From positions 164,240,001 to 164,304,000 of the forward strand of contig NC_058368.1 in NCBI RefSeq assembly GCF_018350175.1: a DNA stretch of 64,000 nt, in the 5' to 3' direction. The notes under the pieces are model-generated. The model did no database searches. It saw only the letters and a program-made list of their open reading frames with translations, and was not told the origin of the DNA. The translations under genes were made by a program, and so were the position numbers. The stretch is from Felis catus (taxonomy: Eukaryota). Positions 11,911 to 24,934 of the stretch are shown piece by piece; the first letter of the stretch is position 1, and each line of letters opens with the position of its first letter.

Positions 11911-12699
11911 TCCGAATAGACCTTTCCTATTAACACATTTGATTCAGCATTGGCAAGTGTCTTCAGCTTACATGCACTGTGACTAGAGGACTTCTCTCGA
12001 TGGGGAGAAACCTGTTGAGTTTTCTCTTCTTTAGCCTATACCCACATCTCCACCCCCACACATATAAATTGTTCTTTATTGTGATCTCAGGCGTTATAAT
12101 AATAAAACTCTTCTTGCAGTTTTCTAATTTTTCAGTTAATAATTAGCTTGGTGACCTAAGCATTTCACTGAAGATTTCTTGGTTTCTTTACAACAAATAA
12201 AACCAACCTTGTTTTTTTATTCTGTGTGGTTCTCACCGCCATCCTAATCCACCGTGCGTTCCTCAACCCAGTGCTCCAGATCGTCCGAAATTCTAAGGCA
12301 GTCTGTGGTTACACTCATTTTTCTCACTCCAAATCCCAATATATCATAAGTCAAACTTCACCTGAAATTCTCGTTTTGTCCTTGTGCTGCCCTGTTCTCT
12401 TATACTTGTTTTTGTTCCCATCTTCAATGCTCTCTGCCTCTCGGTCAAATCCAAGGCACTGTTCAGGGCTCAGCTCTGGGAACCCTCTCAAACCCCTCAC
12501 ACCTGTCCCTTAGACTTCTTTTAGGCTCCCTCCTCTGCTGAACCATTGCACTTCCATAGTACTGTACTTTGTTTATACCTTTATAGCACTCAGTGAGAAT
12601 TCTGTTTGGTGCACTTTCAAGGAAATTAGGAAGGACTGCTTGCCTGCTAAAGTGATCTCACCATCTGGCTCCTACTGCCTGAAGTTTTACAATTAAAGT

Positions 12700-13035
12700 C
12701 AGAAGCGGATTTGCCATGAAGCTAACAAAGTTTCAGCTTCAGTGCCTCTCACCTGAACAGGCCCCTGTGAGTGCTGGAAGTTGAGGAATGTTCTCGTGGA
12801 GAATGGAGGCAGGATGCTATGAGGAAGCATGTATATGTAATCACATCTGTTAATTTTCTAAAGAGATCTAAAAATATAAACATGCATGACTGTCAATATT
12901 TTGTTGGCATTCTTTTCTTATTCTAAAGCATTATTTCAAACCTGATTTTGCTGTTGTAATTTTATATTCTTCTTCTTAGAGAGCCCCACAAATTATACAA
13001 ACTTCAGGCCTCACAAAAATCTGGATCCATCCCTA
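12700..13035. mobile_element. hAT-Tip100 DNA transposon remnant (Arthur1/MER69-like)
   Basis: Ends CAGAAGCGGATTTGCCATGAAGCTAA and CTGGATCCATCCCTA form degenerate TIRs. Family assigned from memory, no TSD seen. Confidence 0.65.
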
Positions 13036-13155
13036 AATATCACATTATTCCACTGCTTAAGTCAGAGTAATGTCTTGCATGATTTCATATTCCAGCATAT
13101 TCCATTTTTATTGCTGGGGATATTTAGGCATCTTTCAGATAAACATCAAGCCTGG

Positions 13156-13203
13156 TTAGAAATCAGTCCTGTTTCCAGCTTAGAAATCAGTCCTGTTTCC
13201 AGC
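13156..13203. repeat. Perfect 24-bp tandem duplication
   Basis: TTAGAAATCAGTCCTGTTTCCAGC x2. Confidence 0.97.
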
Positions 13204-15460
13204 CAAAGCTTGAAAGCAGTAAGTCAGTCTGTCTGGAAAGGTCAGCGATGTTTGGATCCTTTTCTGATCTTTTAGTCAGGTTCCGGGAATCTGGTACCTT
13301 TCTCCTGTTTGCTGTCATTGCCTGGCCTATTCTAATGACTAAGTCACTTTCTTGTTTCCCTGAGACCCTACCTGGGATATTTGTTAGGGAATATAATCTC
13401 AGAGCTATAGCAAATGACATACTACTTAGGCAAAGCTTTGACTCAAGTCTCTACAAATACTAGACATTGGATTACTTTAACACACCCAGCAACAACAAAA
13501 CAACAACAATGGCAACAAAAGGCAGTATCGCAAGAATGTAGAGCAGCTTGAGTGGAATCTGCAAGGTAGAAATGAAGGAAAGAAGGGAGCTGACTTGCTA
13601 AGAGATGAGTAGAAGGGGTTGGAAGGGTAAGAGATGGTTTGTCAGAGAGGGCACTAGGACATGGGAGGGCCTTTGTAGCTAAGAATGAGAATTACCATTT
13701 ATCATAACTTGCCCTGACAGCATCAGAGAATATTTTTGATATTCTTCCTTAAGTGAATCCCTAATATGCTTTGAGGTCTTATAAGTCATAATAAAAAAGG
13801 CTCGTATCTGTCTATGGATAATGGAAGTATTTAGGACTCAAAGCATATTGATAGTACATGAATAAAATTATCTGTAAATTTCTTTTGGTTAAGGTTATAG
13901 ATAATTTATTGCATCACTTTTTCACTCCCTCTGCCAATTGTTATGCATTAAGCATTTTGTTATTTTTTTAATTAGGAGAAAACAAAAGTATTACTGTTAA
14001 AAAAATGTTTGGAAAAAACATAAAATTAAACACAAAAGATGGACCCAAAGAACATATACTAATTTATTTACAATGATTATCTTTAGATGGTTGAAATATA
14101 TGGGTTTTAAAAACATTACATTATTATTATTTTACTTTGTGTCAGTTGACTTGTCCAAGTTTTCATATCTTGGTTTATATTATTTTTGAATTAGGAAAAT
14201 GAATAACATTATAAAAGGAAAATACGGGAAGAAATATTCTGAAATTTTAAGAGTGATTATACTTAAGTAGTACTATACAGAAAGATTTCCTTCTTTTGAC
14301 ATTTTCTTTTGAACAGTTTCTATAATGGAAACTGTTAGCATTTTAATTTTATCTAAAATAAGTAAACATTCTAAATATCATATATAATTATTTTTGTGTA
14401 TAACTATTTCTAGAAGAGCAACCATCTTTTCAGAAAGCTATGTTACATTGTTACTTACCACATGTTCTAAATAAATAACTAGCTTATTTCCTATTATGCA
14501 TATCTTTTTGATAATATCTATTTTGAACATCTCATACATTTTTTTGAAGTATTGGATGAATTCATTGCAGGATGCAGTAAGCATAAAGTTAACATGAATT
14601 AAGAATTAAATAGTTATTCCTTTCCTCTGCAATAGTATCTCAAACTTCTTTAATTTTAATAGTGGCAATGTGATAATAAATGAAAATATTTTCAAGACTG
14701 ATTCTATCGATAGCCACTCTAACACAAGTGATTAAGTAGAAAACCATAGTCTGTAGTTACTAAATTATAGTTTGACTCCCTTCAAAATAGTTACTCATCT
14801 TGGTTGGCTACACTAGTAGAATTTTGTTTAAGACTCTAAGACTTGAATTAGAAGACAGAAGTGACTTAGTCTTGCTTTAAATTCTTGTTAATATAGTACA
14901 AAAAGAAAGGACAACTAGTCAAAGAACCAAAATGTATATATCTTAATCCTAAAAGTGCTATCACTTCAAAGAGAATTGCAGCACTTCATGGAAAAAGTCT
15001 TGCATTGTTATTTAAGTCCATCCATTCATTTCAACAGGATTAAAATAAATGATGCACTTACCTTACATAGCATTGAAATTCGTGATGGTAAAGGAAAGGG
15101 TGAACTTCACAGTTGCAATGTGCAAGATTTAAGATTTGATGGAGGGATTTACTTCTCAAATTGTCATTGCCATTGATTGGATTTACTAATCAATGAGCAA
15201 GAATTGACTGAAATGAGAAGCTGTGCCTAAAACTGGTAAATCTATATTTCATATTTTACTTTTGCCTTTTGAAAGACAGGGCAATTTTGATCAGTGACTG
15301 AGATAACATTACATATGAACCTCCAAAATTGATATCCTGGATCTTTCCCTAAAGCTGCTTCAAAAGCACATCTCAAATGTTTTTTTTTTTTTTTTTTTTT
15401 TTGAAATCTATTCATCTGGAAATGTTTTTCTAAAATAATATTTTGTAGTTCTAGATTTTA

Positions 15461-15536
15461 TTTTATTATTTTTAAAAATTATTTAATGTTTATTTATTTG
15501 CTTTTGAGAAAGAGAGAGAGCACAATCTGGGGAGGG

Positions 15537-15585
<49 letters not shown>

Positions 15586-15713
15586 ATCCAAAGCAGGCTC
15601 TAGGCTCTAAGCTTTCAGCACAGAGCCCAGTGCGGGGCTCAAACCCACAAACGGCAAGATCATGACCTGAGCTGAAGTCAGATGCTTAACCAACTTAGCC
15701 ACCCAGGTGCCCC
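15461..15713 (-). mobile_element. Can-SINE with expanded (GA)n
   Basis: SINE body. TSD TAGTTCTAGATTTTA at 15446-15460 and 15716-15730. Confidence 0.95.
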
Positions 15714-16124
15714 TCTAGTTCTAGATTTTAATCATGCCTTGATTCTTCTGACCTTATAAATTCATCTTTGTAGTTCTACATTTTTATAGCCTTTGACATA
15801 ACTTTTTGCTTTTGTTTTTATTGTCTGAGCTATGTTTTCGATAATTAGTATGATTTTTTTAGGCCATCAATCCTAATTAATCATTGAAATTTTATATTAT
15901 ACAAAAATGTCTGATCAATTAGATGACATTAATCACAACTACTGTATGTATTGCGATGAGTTGGCAGTGGTTTTACACTTAAAATAATTATTTTAAGCTA
16001 ATTCATTTCCTTTTAGAAAATACATACATGACTACTAATCATATTACTCTGAGACTGCATTGACCGTTACCTATGGTAGCCATGATAGCAAAAACTATTC
16101 TCTAAAAACATTTTATTTTACTGA

Positions 16125-16270
16125 ATTTCTGTTTGGTGGGATGAAAATAGTTTGTAAATAGTAGTGATGGTTGCAACACATTGTGAATGTAACTAATGCC
16201 AAGGATTTAGGCCTTTACCGATGGTTAAAATGGCATATTTGATACCATATATTTTTTAATATAATACAAC
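16125..16270 (+). mobile_element. L1MB-like 3' end fragment
   Basis: GTGATGGTTGCAACACATTGTGAATGTAACTAATGCC...ATGGTTAAAATGG motif. Confidence 0.75.
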
Positions 16271-18689
16271 TTTTAAACACCCAAGAAAAAAATTAAATTC
16301 TGTGTGTTATGCACTCAAAAGTAACATTTGGAAACATCAGGTGTGGGACAAAAGACTGTCACTATATCATAACGGGCTGGTGTAGAAGATTCAGATTTCC
16401 ATTTGAAATTTTAGAAAAGGAATGGTTGGGAATGTGCTCTCATCGGGAGCATTTTACCCAGTTCAACATGGTTACATATGAACTTGACTTTCAGAATCCG
16501 CTGGAGTGACTCTGTGACATTTTCACTGATAGCTTTGAAATTTTCCATCTGATTTCATCAGCAAGAGGTTCTAGGGTGTTCCTCTCCAATATGGAGGTTG
16601 AGATGGTGGGCAACTTGATCCTTTTATTGCTGTTGGCCATTCTCTCCCTCCCCTGCAAGAGTTCCAGTTCTGCACTGCAACTGAGTGCTGCTTAGAGGCA
16701 TGTGGGGGAGCCCAGGAGTGTGACTCCCCCATCCTCTTAAAATTCTGTCTTTCTGTTTGGACTAGTCATCCCAATCCTCAAAACCATCCCTGAGAAATGG
16801 GAAGGGAAAAGCTCAGGGTGAGAGAAGTGGGATATTTCAAAATTTTGCCAAAAACAGCAAGACCGGAAAATCCTTGGCAAAACAGAAGAACTGGCTACTT
16901 TAACACCTTTCTCATTCCTGAGATCCCCTGTTAACTGCGGTGCTACCGTCCCCAAAGGTTCTGTTTTTGCAGGTGGAAAAGCAGTTGGAGCAGCAGCACC
17001 TTCTCTCCAACTCAAACATTCTTTTCCAGGCCCTCTGTGGAGCAGCTTGCTCCGGTGAGCGTGCATTCAGCTATCAAATCCCAGGAGGCCCATTAGACCT
17101 CAACCAAATGACAGCCCGTAAAGTTCCTCGGAGTGAAGAATTAGGTTGAGCTGTTAACCTTCCCCATGCAAAGGACAACAAAGAAATTCTAGTAAGAGGT
17201 AAAAGGACAGAAACTCAATTTACTGTTTTACTATTAAATTCTCATCCCTCGCTCACAGAAAAAAAATGTGTTCGCTTTCACAGCCATTTTCCTTTGGCGC
17301 TTGGCATAGGAGTCTACCTGCAGCAGCCTCTGCTTCTCCGCCATTTATTATCCCATTCCCGCGTGCTGCCTACTCCACTCAAGCACCTTCTATAAAGTGA
17401 TACTGCCTAAGCTGAAGTGCTAAAATCTGCCTGCCCTAAATGGGATATGAAAATGTGGGAATATTAGCCCTTAAACAGTAGGCTAGAATTTCTTTCATCC
17501 ATCTATCCCTAAGGCAAACTGGGTTTTAAAGCCAAAATCACAGGTTGCCTTTTGCTTTGTAAATCAGCAGTTGGATGTGTAATTGGGGTTTTTTTTTTAA
17601 ATGTCAAAATGACTCTTGGGTGTTGATTTGGCAAGTGGAAATAACATAGAAAGGCTGTATAAGTAGTTTTAGAATGGCAGTTAAAATCTCATAATCTGAC
17701 TTTAACAATTGATTTTGCTCCAAATTTCCATATTGGTATTATTCAGCTTTTGGCTGAGGATCTGGAAATGGAACTTTTCCCAGTGAAACTTGGACTAAAC
17801 CTAATATTGAACTTATCGTGTTCATAGTTTGGGTAGGTAAATTTTATACATCTAATTTGCAGACCAGCTTATAGAAACAGGAGATGAAAAGCCCATTTCA
17901 TTTATTCCCCTGGTGGGGTGGAACATTTTCTTCCAATATGTTTTCCAATTTACTTTTGAAATTTATGGAGCTTAAGAAAAGTACCATTCCATTATCTAAT
18001 AGTTCTTGCTAATAGGCAGTTTCCTTAAATACCCAGCCTAAATTTTCCATTGCTCATCTGACTTCAAATCTTCACCATTTTCCAATCTTATGGATTTTAT
18101 AATTTAATGTTTGCTAAATCCTTAGTTAATAGCCATTCTCAAGATTGTGATTTAAAAAATGTATATTAAGTGATTTTGCTCCCTTAAAAATTCTATAAAC
18201 TACTGATTGAATGTGCAAAACATTTATGCCCTATTTCTAAAAGAGTAAAACGATCACTCTGGATAGTGAGAGATGAACCTATTTCTTCTGCCTTGCTAAG
18301 AGAATTGTTTTGCTTGGTTTGATGCTACCAAAGTATATTTAAGAAAGAATAAAACGTGAATTGATCGTGTTTGTGGTTACTTTCTGAGGTTGAGCCAAGA
18401 ATGGTATATATGGAAGGACATAATACATTTAACAGAACTGGAGAGCATCAATTTCTTTCAATCACTAGTAACCTGTGGGGTGTTTAATCACTGACCTACC
18501 ATCAAAAGGCTGCATCTTTCATTACCAGTTCACTGATATCTTTGGACCTTTTAGTCCACTCACATTTCTGCTTTTATATTAGGTGTTGAAAATCCATCTT
18601 TACTAGACTTATCAATTTGGCTGCTGTACAGATAAAAATTGTTGCAAATGTTTTCTGAATGTTCCTCTTTATAATTAATTTCAGCTACT

Positions 18690-18935
18690 TGGTAACAATA
18701 GCTACAATATATTGAATACTTACTATGTACCAGGTGTTATTTGAGGTGCTTTGTCTTAATTTATTTATGTAGCCTTGTCAGAAATCTTGTTAGGTATATT
18801 TGTTAGCCCCATTTCATAGGTGAAGGAAGTGAGATACTGATTAATTCATTTGCCAATGTTTTCACCACTACACCAAGGCAAAACCAGGATTAGTTTCCAT
18901 GTATTTAGTCTCCAGAGCCTAGGCTCTTAACCACA
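18690..18935 (-). mobile_element. MIR SINE, near full length
   Basis: AACAATAGCTACAATATATTGAATACTTACTATGTACCAGG...CCCCATTTCATAGGTGAAGGAAGTGAGA...CTCCAGAGCCTAGGCTCTTAACCAC. Confidence 0.85.
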
Positions 18936-18959
18936 TTTCTATGATGGTCAAAATGCTAT

Positions 18960-20115
18960 GTGAATATGTCTACTATTAAAGAATACTTAACAATAGCATT
19001 TATGGAGTATTCTTGCCAAAAGGATTAAATCTGAATTTTATTAAGCTTTTAGATCCGATTTCCAATTTAACAGGAAATATGACAGAGAAAAGTGTTAAGG
19101 AACCCACAGAGATGCTGTCGGTGAAATTCACACTATGGGAAATAGGGTAGTTCAAGGAATTTACTTTCATCAACAAATAAAACTGCAAGGAGAGAGCATA
19201 TGCATGTTAAAGGAGTCGAAATCTAAAGGTTGAAAAAGACTTAAGAATCTGTACTCCCATGTTCACTGCAACATTGTTCACAATAGCCAAGAGGTGGAAA
19301 GTACCTAAATTTTCATCATTAGATGAGTGGATAAAGAAAATGTGGTATATGTAACATAACGGAATATTATTCAGCTTTACAAAAGATGGCAGGAAATGCT
19401 GCCATGTGTGACAGTGTAGGTGAATGTGGAGAACATTATGCTAAGTGAAATACGCCATGCACAGAAGGACAAATACTACATGGCACTACTTATATGAGGA
19501 ATCTAAAGTAGTCATATTTGGAAGTAGAGAGGAGATTGTTGGTTTCTGGGGCTGGGGAGGAGGAGAAATAAGACAGTATTAATCAAAGGGTACAAAGTTT
19601 CAATTATACACAATGAATAAGTGGTAAAGATCTATATGGCATAGAGCCCATAGTTAACAGTGCTGTTGTGTATACTTAAAAATCTTTTAAGAGAGTAGAT
19701 GTTATGTTAAATGTTCTTATCACAAAATATTGATAAATAGGGCAGGAGGAAACTTTTGGAAGTGATAAAAATGTTCATGACATTGATGCGGTGATTGTTT
19801 CACAGGTGTATACTTATCTCCAAACTCATAAAGTTGTATCCTTTGAATATGTATATATTTTTGTATGTCAATCATACCTCAATAAAGTGGTTTTAAAATA
19901 AAGTAGTAGGTTTAGTAAATTTAAGCCACCAGTAACAATAGCATTAAATACATTTTAAAAAGAAAAAGACTTAAACATATACCAACTAGTAACTATGTAG
20001 GGATTTTTATTTGGATTCTTATGCAAGAAAAAAATTTTAATTAACACATTGATGAGACAATAAGAAATTTGATCACTGACTGGAGATTTGGTAACATTAC
20101 CAAATTATTGTAAAT
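18960..20115 (+). mobile_element. Old L1MC-like 3' UTR fragment, split by the 19245-19961 L1
   Basis: TATGGAGTATTCTTGCCAAAA...AGACTTAA...GAGACAATAAGAAATTTGATCACTGACTGG resembles L1MC 3' UTRs (from memory). Confidence 0.6.
19245..19961 (+). mobile_element. 5'-truncated L1 (L1MA/L1MB-like ORF2 end plus 3' UTR) with extra 3' sequence
   Basis: CCCATGTTCACTGCAACATTGTTCACAATAGCCAAGAGGTGGAA ORF2-end motif. AATAAA at 19881. TSD GAAAAAGACTTAA at 19232-19244 and 19962-19974. Confidence 0.92.
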
Positions 20116-20124
20116 TTTTAAATT

Positions 20125-20356
20125 TTTTATTCTTATTACATTTTCTAAAATGTTTATTTGTTTTTGAGACACAAAGAGAGAGAGTGTACAAGTGGGGGAG
20201 TGGGCAGAGAGAGAGAGGGAAACACAGAATCTGAAGCAGGCTCAAGGCTCTGAGCTGTCAGCACAGAGCCCGACATGGGGCACGAACTCATGAACTGCGA
20301 GATCATGACCTGAGCCTAAGTTGGACGCTTAACCAACTGAGCCACCCAGGTGCCCC
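20125..20356 (-). mobile_element. Can-SINE
   Basis: SINE body ending GAGCCACCCAGGTGCCCC. Tail boundary approximate, TSD degenerate. Confidence 0.93.
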
Positions 20357-22839
20357 ATGAAACTTTTAAAAATTAGAAGTAAAAAAAGACAGAAAAAGAA
20401 TAATTGATGACAGTCTCTTCAGTCATTTCAAAAAAACTGTGATTCGCGTAAAATTAGTTACTACATAAAAGTGAGTCAAAAGGTTTTAAATGCTTGTGGT
20501 TTTATGTTATGAGCTGTCATTCTCATATTTGAATTAGCTTGTTTTCTCTCATGAAGAACCCAGGAAAGCATTATTGTGACTTTAAGGAACTAGAGTGGGA
20601 AAATTTGTTTTCAAAAGGAGCTGACAGCAAATAAAAAGATCAGATTTACTTCAGAACAGAATATGATCAGATTTACTGTAAGTGGCACTCATTTACTAAA
20701 GTGATTAAATTATAGTCAGGATGTACCCGAAGTACACACTTCAGTAGACAGACAGGAATATATTTAGGAAATATGGAATATTGCAGTACCTCTATGTTTT
20801 ATCTTTCACAAACTACTCTTATGTTTTCAAGGTAGTAGAATACACTACCTGTGTTTTCAGTGCATAGTTCATTGGTGCTTAGAATATGAAACTTGTTGCA
20901 AAGAAAGATCATATTTTTCTTAAGAAAAACTGATCAAACTTTGTTAAAGAAAAAACTTTATGTGCACTGCTAATTTCTTCTGTAGATATTAGAAGATAAA
21001 TATCCTAAAAATGGTGATCCCCGATTTAAAAGAAAAAAAAGGTAGTATAATCATGAAAGTTAGAAAATGCCACATATGGGAATAACTTCAGCCACAACAG
21101 AAGTGCTAACTTTTGTTGGTAATGCCTGGCTGACTTCCTTCAAGCAAGCGTAACTATATGCTTTGGGAAAACCATGCCCTACTGGTTATTACATGTATTT
21201 TCCTTCAGGAATGGCAGAAATAACTGCACTTAAAATTAACTATCAAAGTAAGAGTTTCAAAATATATAATCTGTCAAAAATCATATTTTGGCCTTTAATA
21301 CCCAGAAGGAAATCATTATGAATTTATGGGGCCAGAGCCATAAATATATATAACATCTGCAGTATACTATGCTTATGAGAACTACTTCATCTGCTAGATT
21401 AAGGTTACATTTATTGCATTTGAGTATAGTTAAGCAGCATCCTTCAAAACGTCATTTTACTGTAGTTTCATTTCTCCACCATAAATTACCAGCATTTGCA
21501 ACATAATAGATAATTTGAGAGGTGTGAGGCTCCTGATCCCCCTGTTTATCTTTGTTCTCTGTGATATAAATGATGAGTTTACACTTTCATTCAACAGTCT
21601 GCCGGGAGAGGAATCAGGTTGTGGCTAAAGCATGTGCCGGACAAAATGTCTATTGCACTGCATGGCACAGCCTGACTGCTGCCTAGCATGGGGGGGGTGA
21701 GTAGCTATGTTATACCACATCAGTTCATGCCAGTCACTTCAATAGGATTTGTGCATTAATACATGGTATGCTGGTTTTCTACATAACATGACAAGATTTT
21801 AGTGAAATCCTTTTCCGGGAAAATGCTAAGACCCCCTGATTATCTAAAATATTTTAAGTTAAATATTCCACTTTATTTTTTTTTAGGTGTTCATGGATAG
21901 AAACAGGAGTCTTTTGCCAAAGATACTTGATTTCTAGGAAATTCAATGTTTACTGGTTGTATTTGGTGTGTAAAGCATTTTTTTTAGTATGATTTTTAAA
22001 GCAGTTTTTTATTTACGATGTTCTGGGCACTGTTTTATGTGTTCTATTTATCCTAGAAAGATAAGGTATTGTGAACTTTAATTATTTGCTTTGGACACAA
22101 AGATACTTTTCTTCTAATTGTGACCCATTTTTTTTTCTCAAGAAAATAATGGTTTCGAGTTTGAAATAATTATTAATTTATTTATATTACAAAAATTATG
22201 ATTCTAAACAAAATCATCTTCTAATATCTATATATACCTGAGAAATGAACAGTTAGTGGTTACATTATGCAGTCAACATGTTTGTGATGTTTTGATGTAT
22301 CCCTCAGTGTCACCTGTAAAATCGCAAAAAATAAAAGGATGAAACAATTGGATGAAGATTTTTTCCTACCTTAAATAGTTTCAAAATGCAAATATATTAT
22401 GAACTGAGTGATGAGAGATGTTATCATTGCCTTCATCATTTTACACAAAGTTCTGATTTTATGTCCCTTTCATAAATATTAAAGGCTGGAAAAAGCAGTG
22501 ATTTGCCTCTTTTTAGTTTTCTTAATTCATAATTTCCCCTTGAAAAGCCGATTCCACTTGAAATGTTTCTGCACATACCAAACAAATATTTTGCTTCACA
22601 ATCAACCATTTGCTCATCCCAGAGTGACTATTATTTCCTTCCTGGTTTACAACTTTTTTAGCTGTGTAACTATTATTAGCACCTATTTTTACTCTAAAAT
22701 AGTCTGGATTAGAAAATAAATCATATGGTCAATCTAGTCCACACCTGTGTATATAACTACTTCAAAAATTCTAGTTGACTTTAGAAATACGCTGTGTATG
22801 AAATGAATTGTCTGCAGTTACTATCTGAGTTGTGATTTG

Positions 22840-23563
22840 TGATGGGATTCAGGATATTCTCCCCGCAAATATGTCAACTTAGCACACTGAATATTTTAAG
22901 CTGAAGGAGCTGGAGAAAACAAGCAGAAGCAGTGTGTTCACCCTAGGACCTTTCTCCCACCTTCTCTGAAATAGGTTAGAAAACCCTCATGTGATATGCC
23001 TTCCCTATTCCAGAAGGAAAGGAGCATCCTTATGAAGACAAAGGATGCTGAGGAGAATACCAATAAACTTTCCTTGCTAATAAGTTTCTCCACTTTATAT
23101 TCCTTGATCTATCATATTTCTCGATGACTGTCTACTCTTCATCAAACCTGGCATAAAAATACTCATGTTTGTTTCTTGGGGTCTTCATTTCCTTATGAAG
23201 GCTCCCATGTCCCATAAAAATTATTTAAAATTTTTTTTTAACATTTATTTATTTTTGAGACAGAGAGAGACAGAGCATGAATGGGGGGAGGGCCAGAGAG
23301 AGAGGGAGACACAGAATCTGAAGCAGGCTCCAGGCTCTGAGCTGTCGGCACAGAGCCTGATGCAGGGCTCGAACTCACGGACCATGAGATCGTGACCTGA
23401 GCGAAGTCGGATGCTCAACCGACTGAGCCACCCAGGCGCCCCCCATAAAACTTATTTTAAATACATTTGTGTCCTTTTATTTTGTCAGCTTATTTGTCAG
23501 TTTAACTTTCAGCCCCAGCAAGGAACTCTAAGAAGGTTGAGGAAAACTTCTTCCTCCCCTACA
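22840..23563 (+). mobile_element. Solo ERV1 LTR (MER34-group-like) interrupted by a SINE
   Basis: Starts TG, ends CCCCTACA, with a 4-bp TSD TTTG at 22836-22839 and 23564-23567. The CAAATATG...TGAATATTTTAAGCTGAAGGA opening resembles MER34-type LTRs (from memory). Confidence 0.8.
23227..23442 (-). mobile_element. Can-SINE nested in an ERV1 LTR
   Basis: SINE body. TSD CCATAAAAATTATTT (23212-23226) / CCATAAAACTTATTT (23443-23457). Confidence 0.95.
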
Positions 23564-24566
23564 TTTGTGTTGCCATTTCTTTGAATGTCAGGATAAAATA
23601 AGAAATGCTGCAAATTTGAAGGGCTTTAAATTAAGTATGGCTTTTAAAAATCATATTAGAAAATATGAATCAGAAATTCTTACATTAAGCATTCAGACTT
23701 AATTAATTTTGGAGAAAAGTAGAATATAATATGTTGTAAAAAATACATGTGGGCAATAGTATGTTGATACATAAGTGTATGGACAGGAGTTTCTCAAAAA
23801 TGAAAGTACATTATTAGCCTGACAAATACTTCGACAAATATTTGCTCTGAAGCAGTCTGTTCAGCAATGTCATCTATGTAAAATACTAAAAAGTGGATAG
23901 AATTTAAAGTATTACAATGTATTTATTATGTAAATTATATTGGAAAGTTAATATTATGCATATATATGTTTTTAATGGGTCAAGTACAGCGCCTTAATTG
24001 ATCAATGGGGAAATCAGCTTATGACATTTAGATTCACCTATGACCTCATGTAAAAAAGGAGTTGTTTCCTGTGCACTTTTTAAGGACATTGGACTAGCAT
24101 CAATTATCTGGGGAAATGGAAAACCCTGAACTGACACTTTAAAGGATAAAGAGCCTTTTAGGCACCTCTGAAGTGTGTTTTTGTAAACCATGCAGATTGA
24201 TGCAATGGCATCCTGAATGTAACTTTCAGAATGAAATATGGATAATAATTAGGTAAAATGTTATTTTGAGATTTTAATTCCCAAATGGTTTATTGCTTTC
24301 ATGTTTTAAATTCCAGTGCCCTTGTAGGTCCAATTAAGATGCTTAATTGAAGAATTCCAAGTAAGCAGACTGCCTTGGCACCAAGAGGGGATTGTGCCTG
24401 GTAATGATAGCTCTGAATTGGATGGAAAGAATAGTCACAAATGTTAGCAGAGGAATATATATTTAGTAATGTGGCATGTATTCTCCAAGCATGAATAACA
24501 TCAAGCTTGAGAATCAGAGGTTCTATGGTAACCTAGAGTGCCCTTGTTTTCTTTTTTCCGGTCTAA

Positions 24567-24715
24567 TTTTTTTTTTTTAATTGAAGTATAGTTGACACAT
24601 ATGTTACATGAGTTTCAGGTGTACAACATAGTGATTCGATAAGTTTACATTTTATACTATGCTCACCACAAGTGTAGCTACCATCTGGCACCATACAACA
24701 CTACTAACAATATCC
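24567..24715 (-). mobile_element. Very short carnivore L1 3' end
   Basis: Poly-T then AATTGAAGTATAGTTGACAC...TTTCAGGTGTACAACATAGTGATTC. Degenerate TSD TCCGGTCTAATTTT / TCAGGTCTCATTTT. Confidence 0.88.
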
Positions 24716-24934
24716 TCAGGTCTCATTTTAAACTTTCCATTCCTTCCACAATCACTTCATTCTGAAGCAATGGACAGGAATACAGCTAGCAGTGGCAAAT
24801 TTTAACTTATTAACATTATTTTTTGGTTATTATCTTTAGATCTGTTTGAAATGCAGGATGAGACAAGCCATTGACAAAGAGTGTCACTACTGGACACTCT
24901 TTCCAAAGTAGATTTATTAGAACAATCAATGCTT

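Noticed and set aside
13156..13203. CRISPR-like or iteron-like repeat
   Set aside because: Only two adjacent units with no spacers, in eukaryotic DNA.
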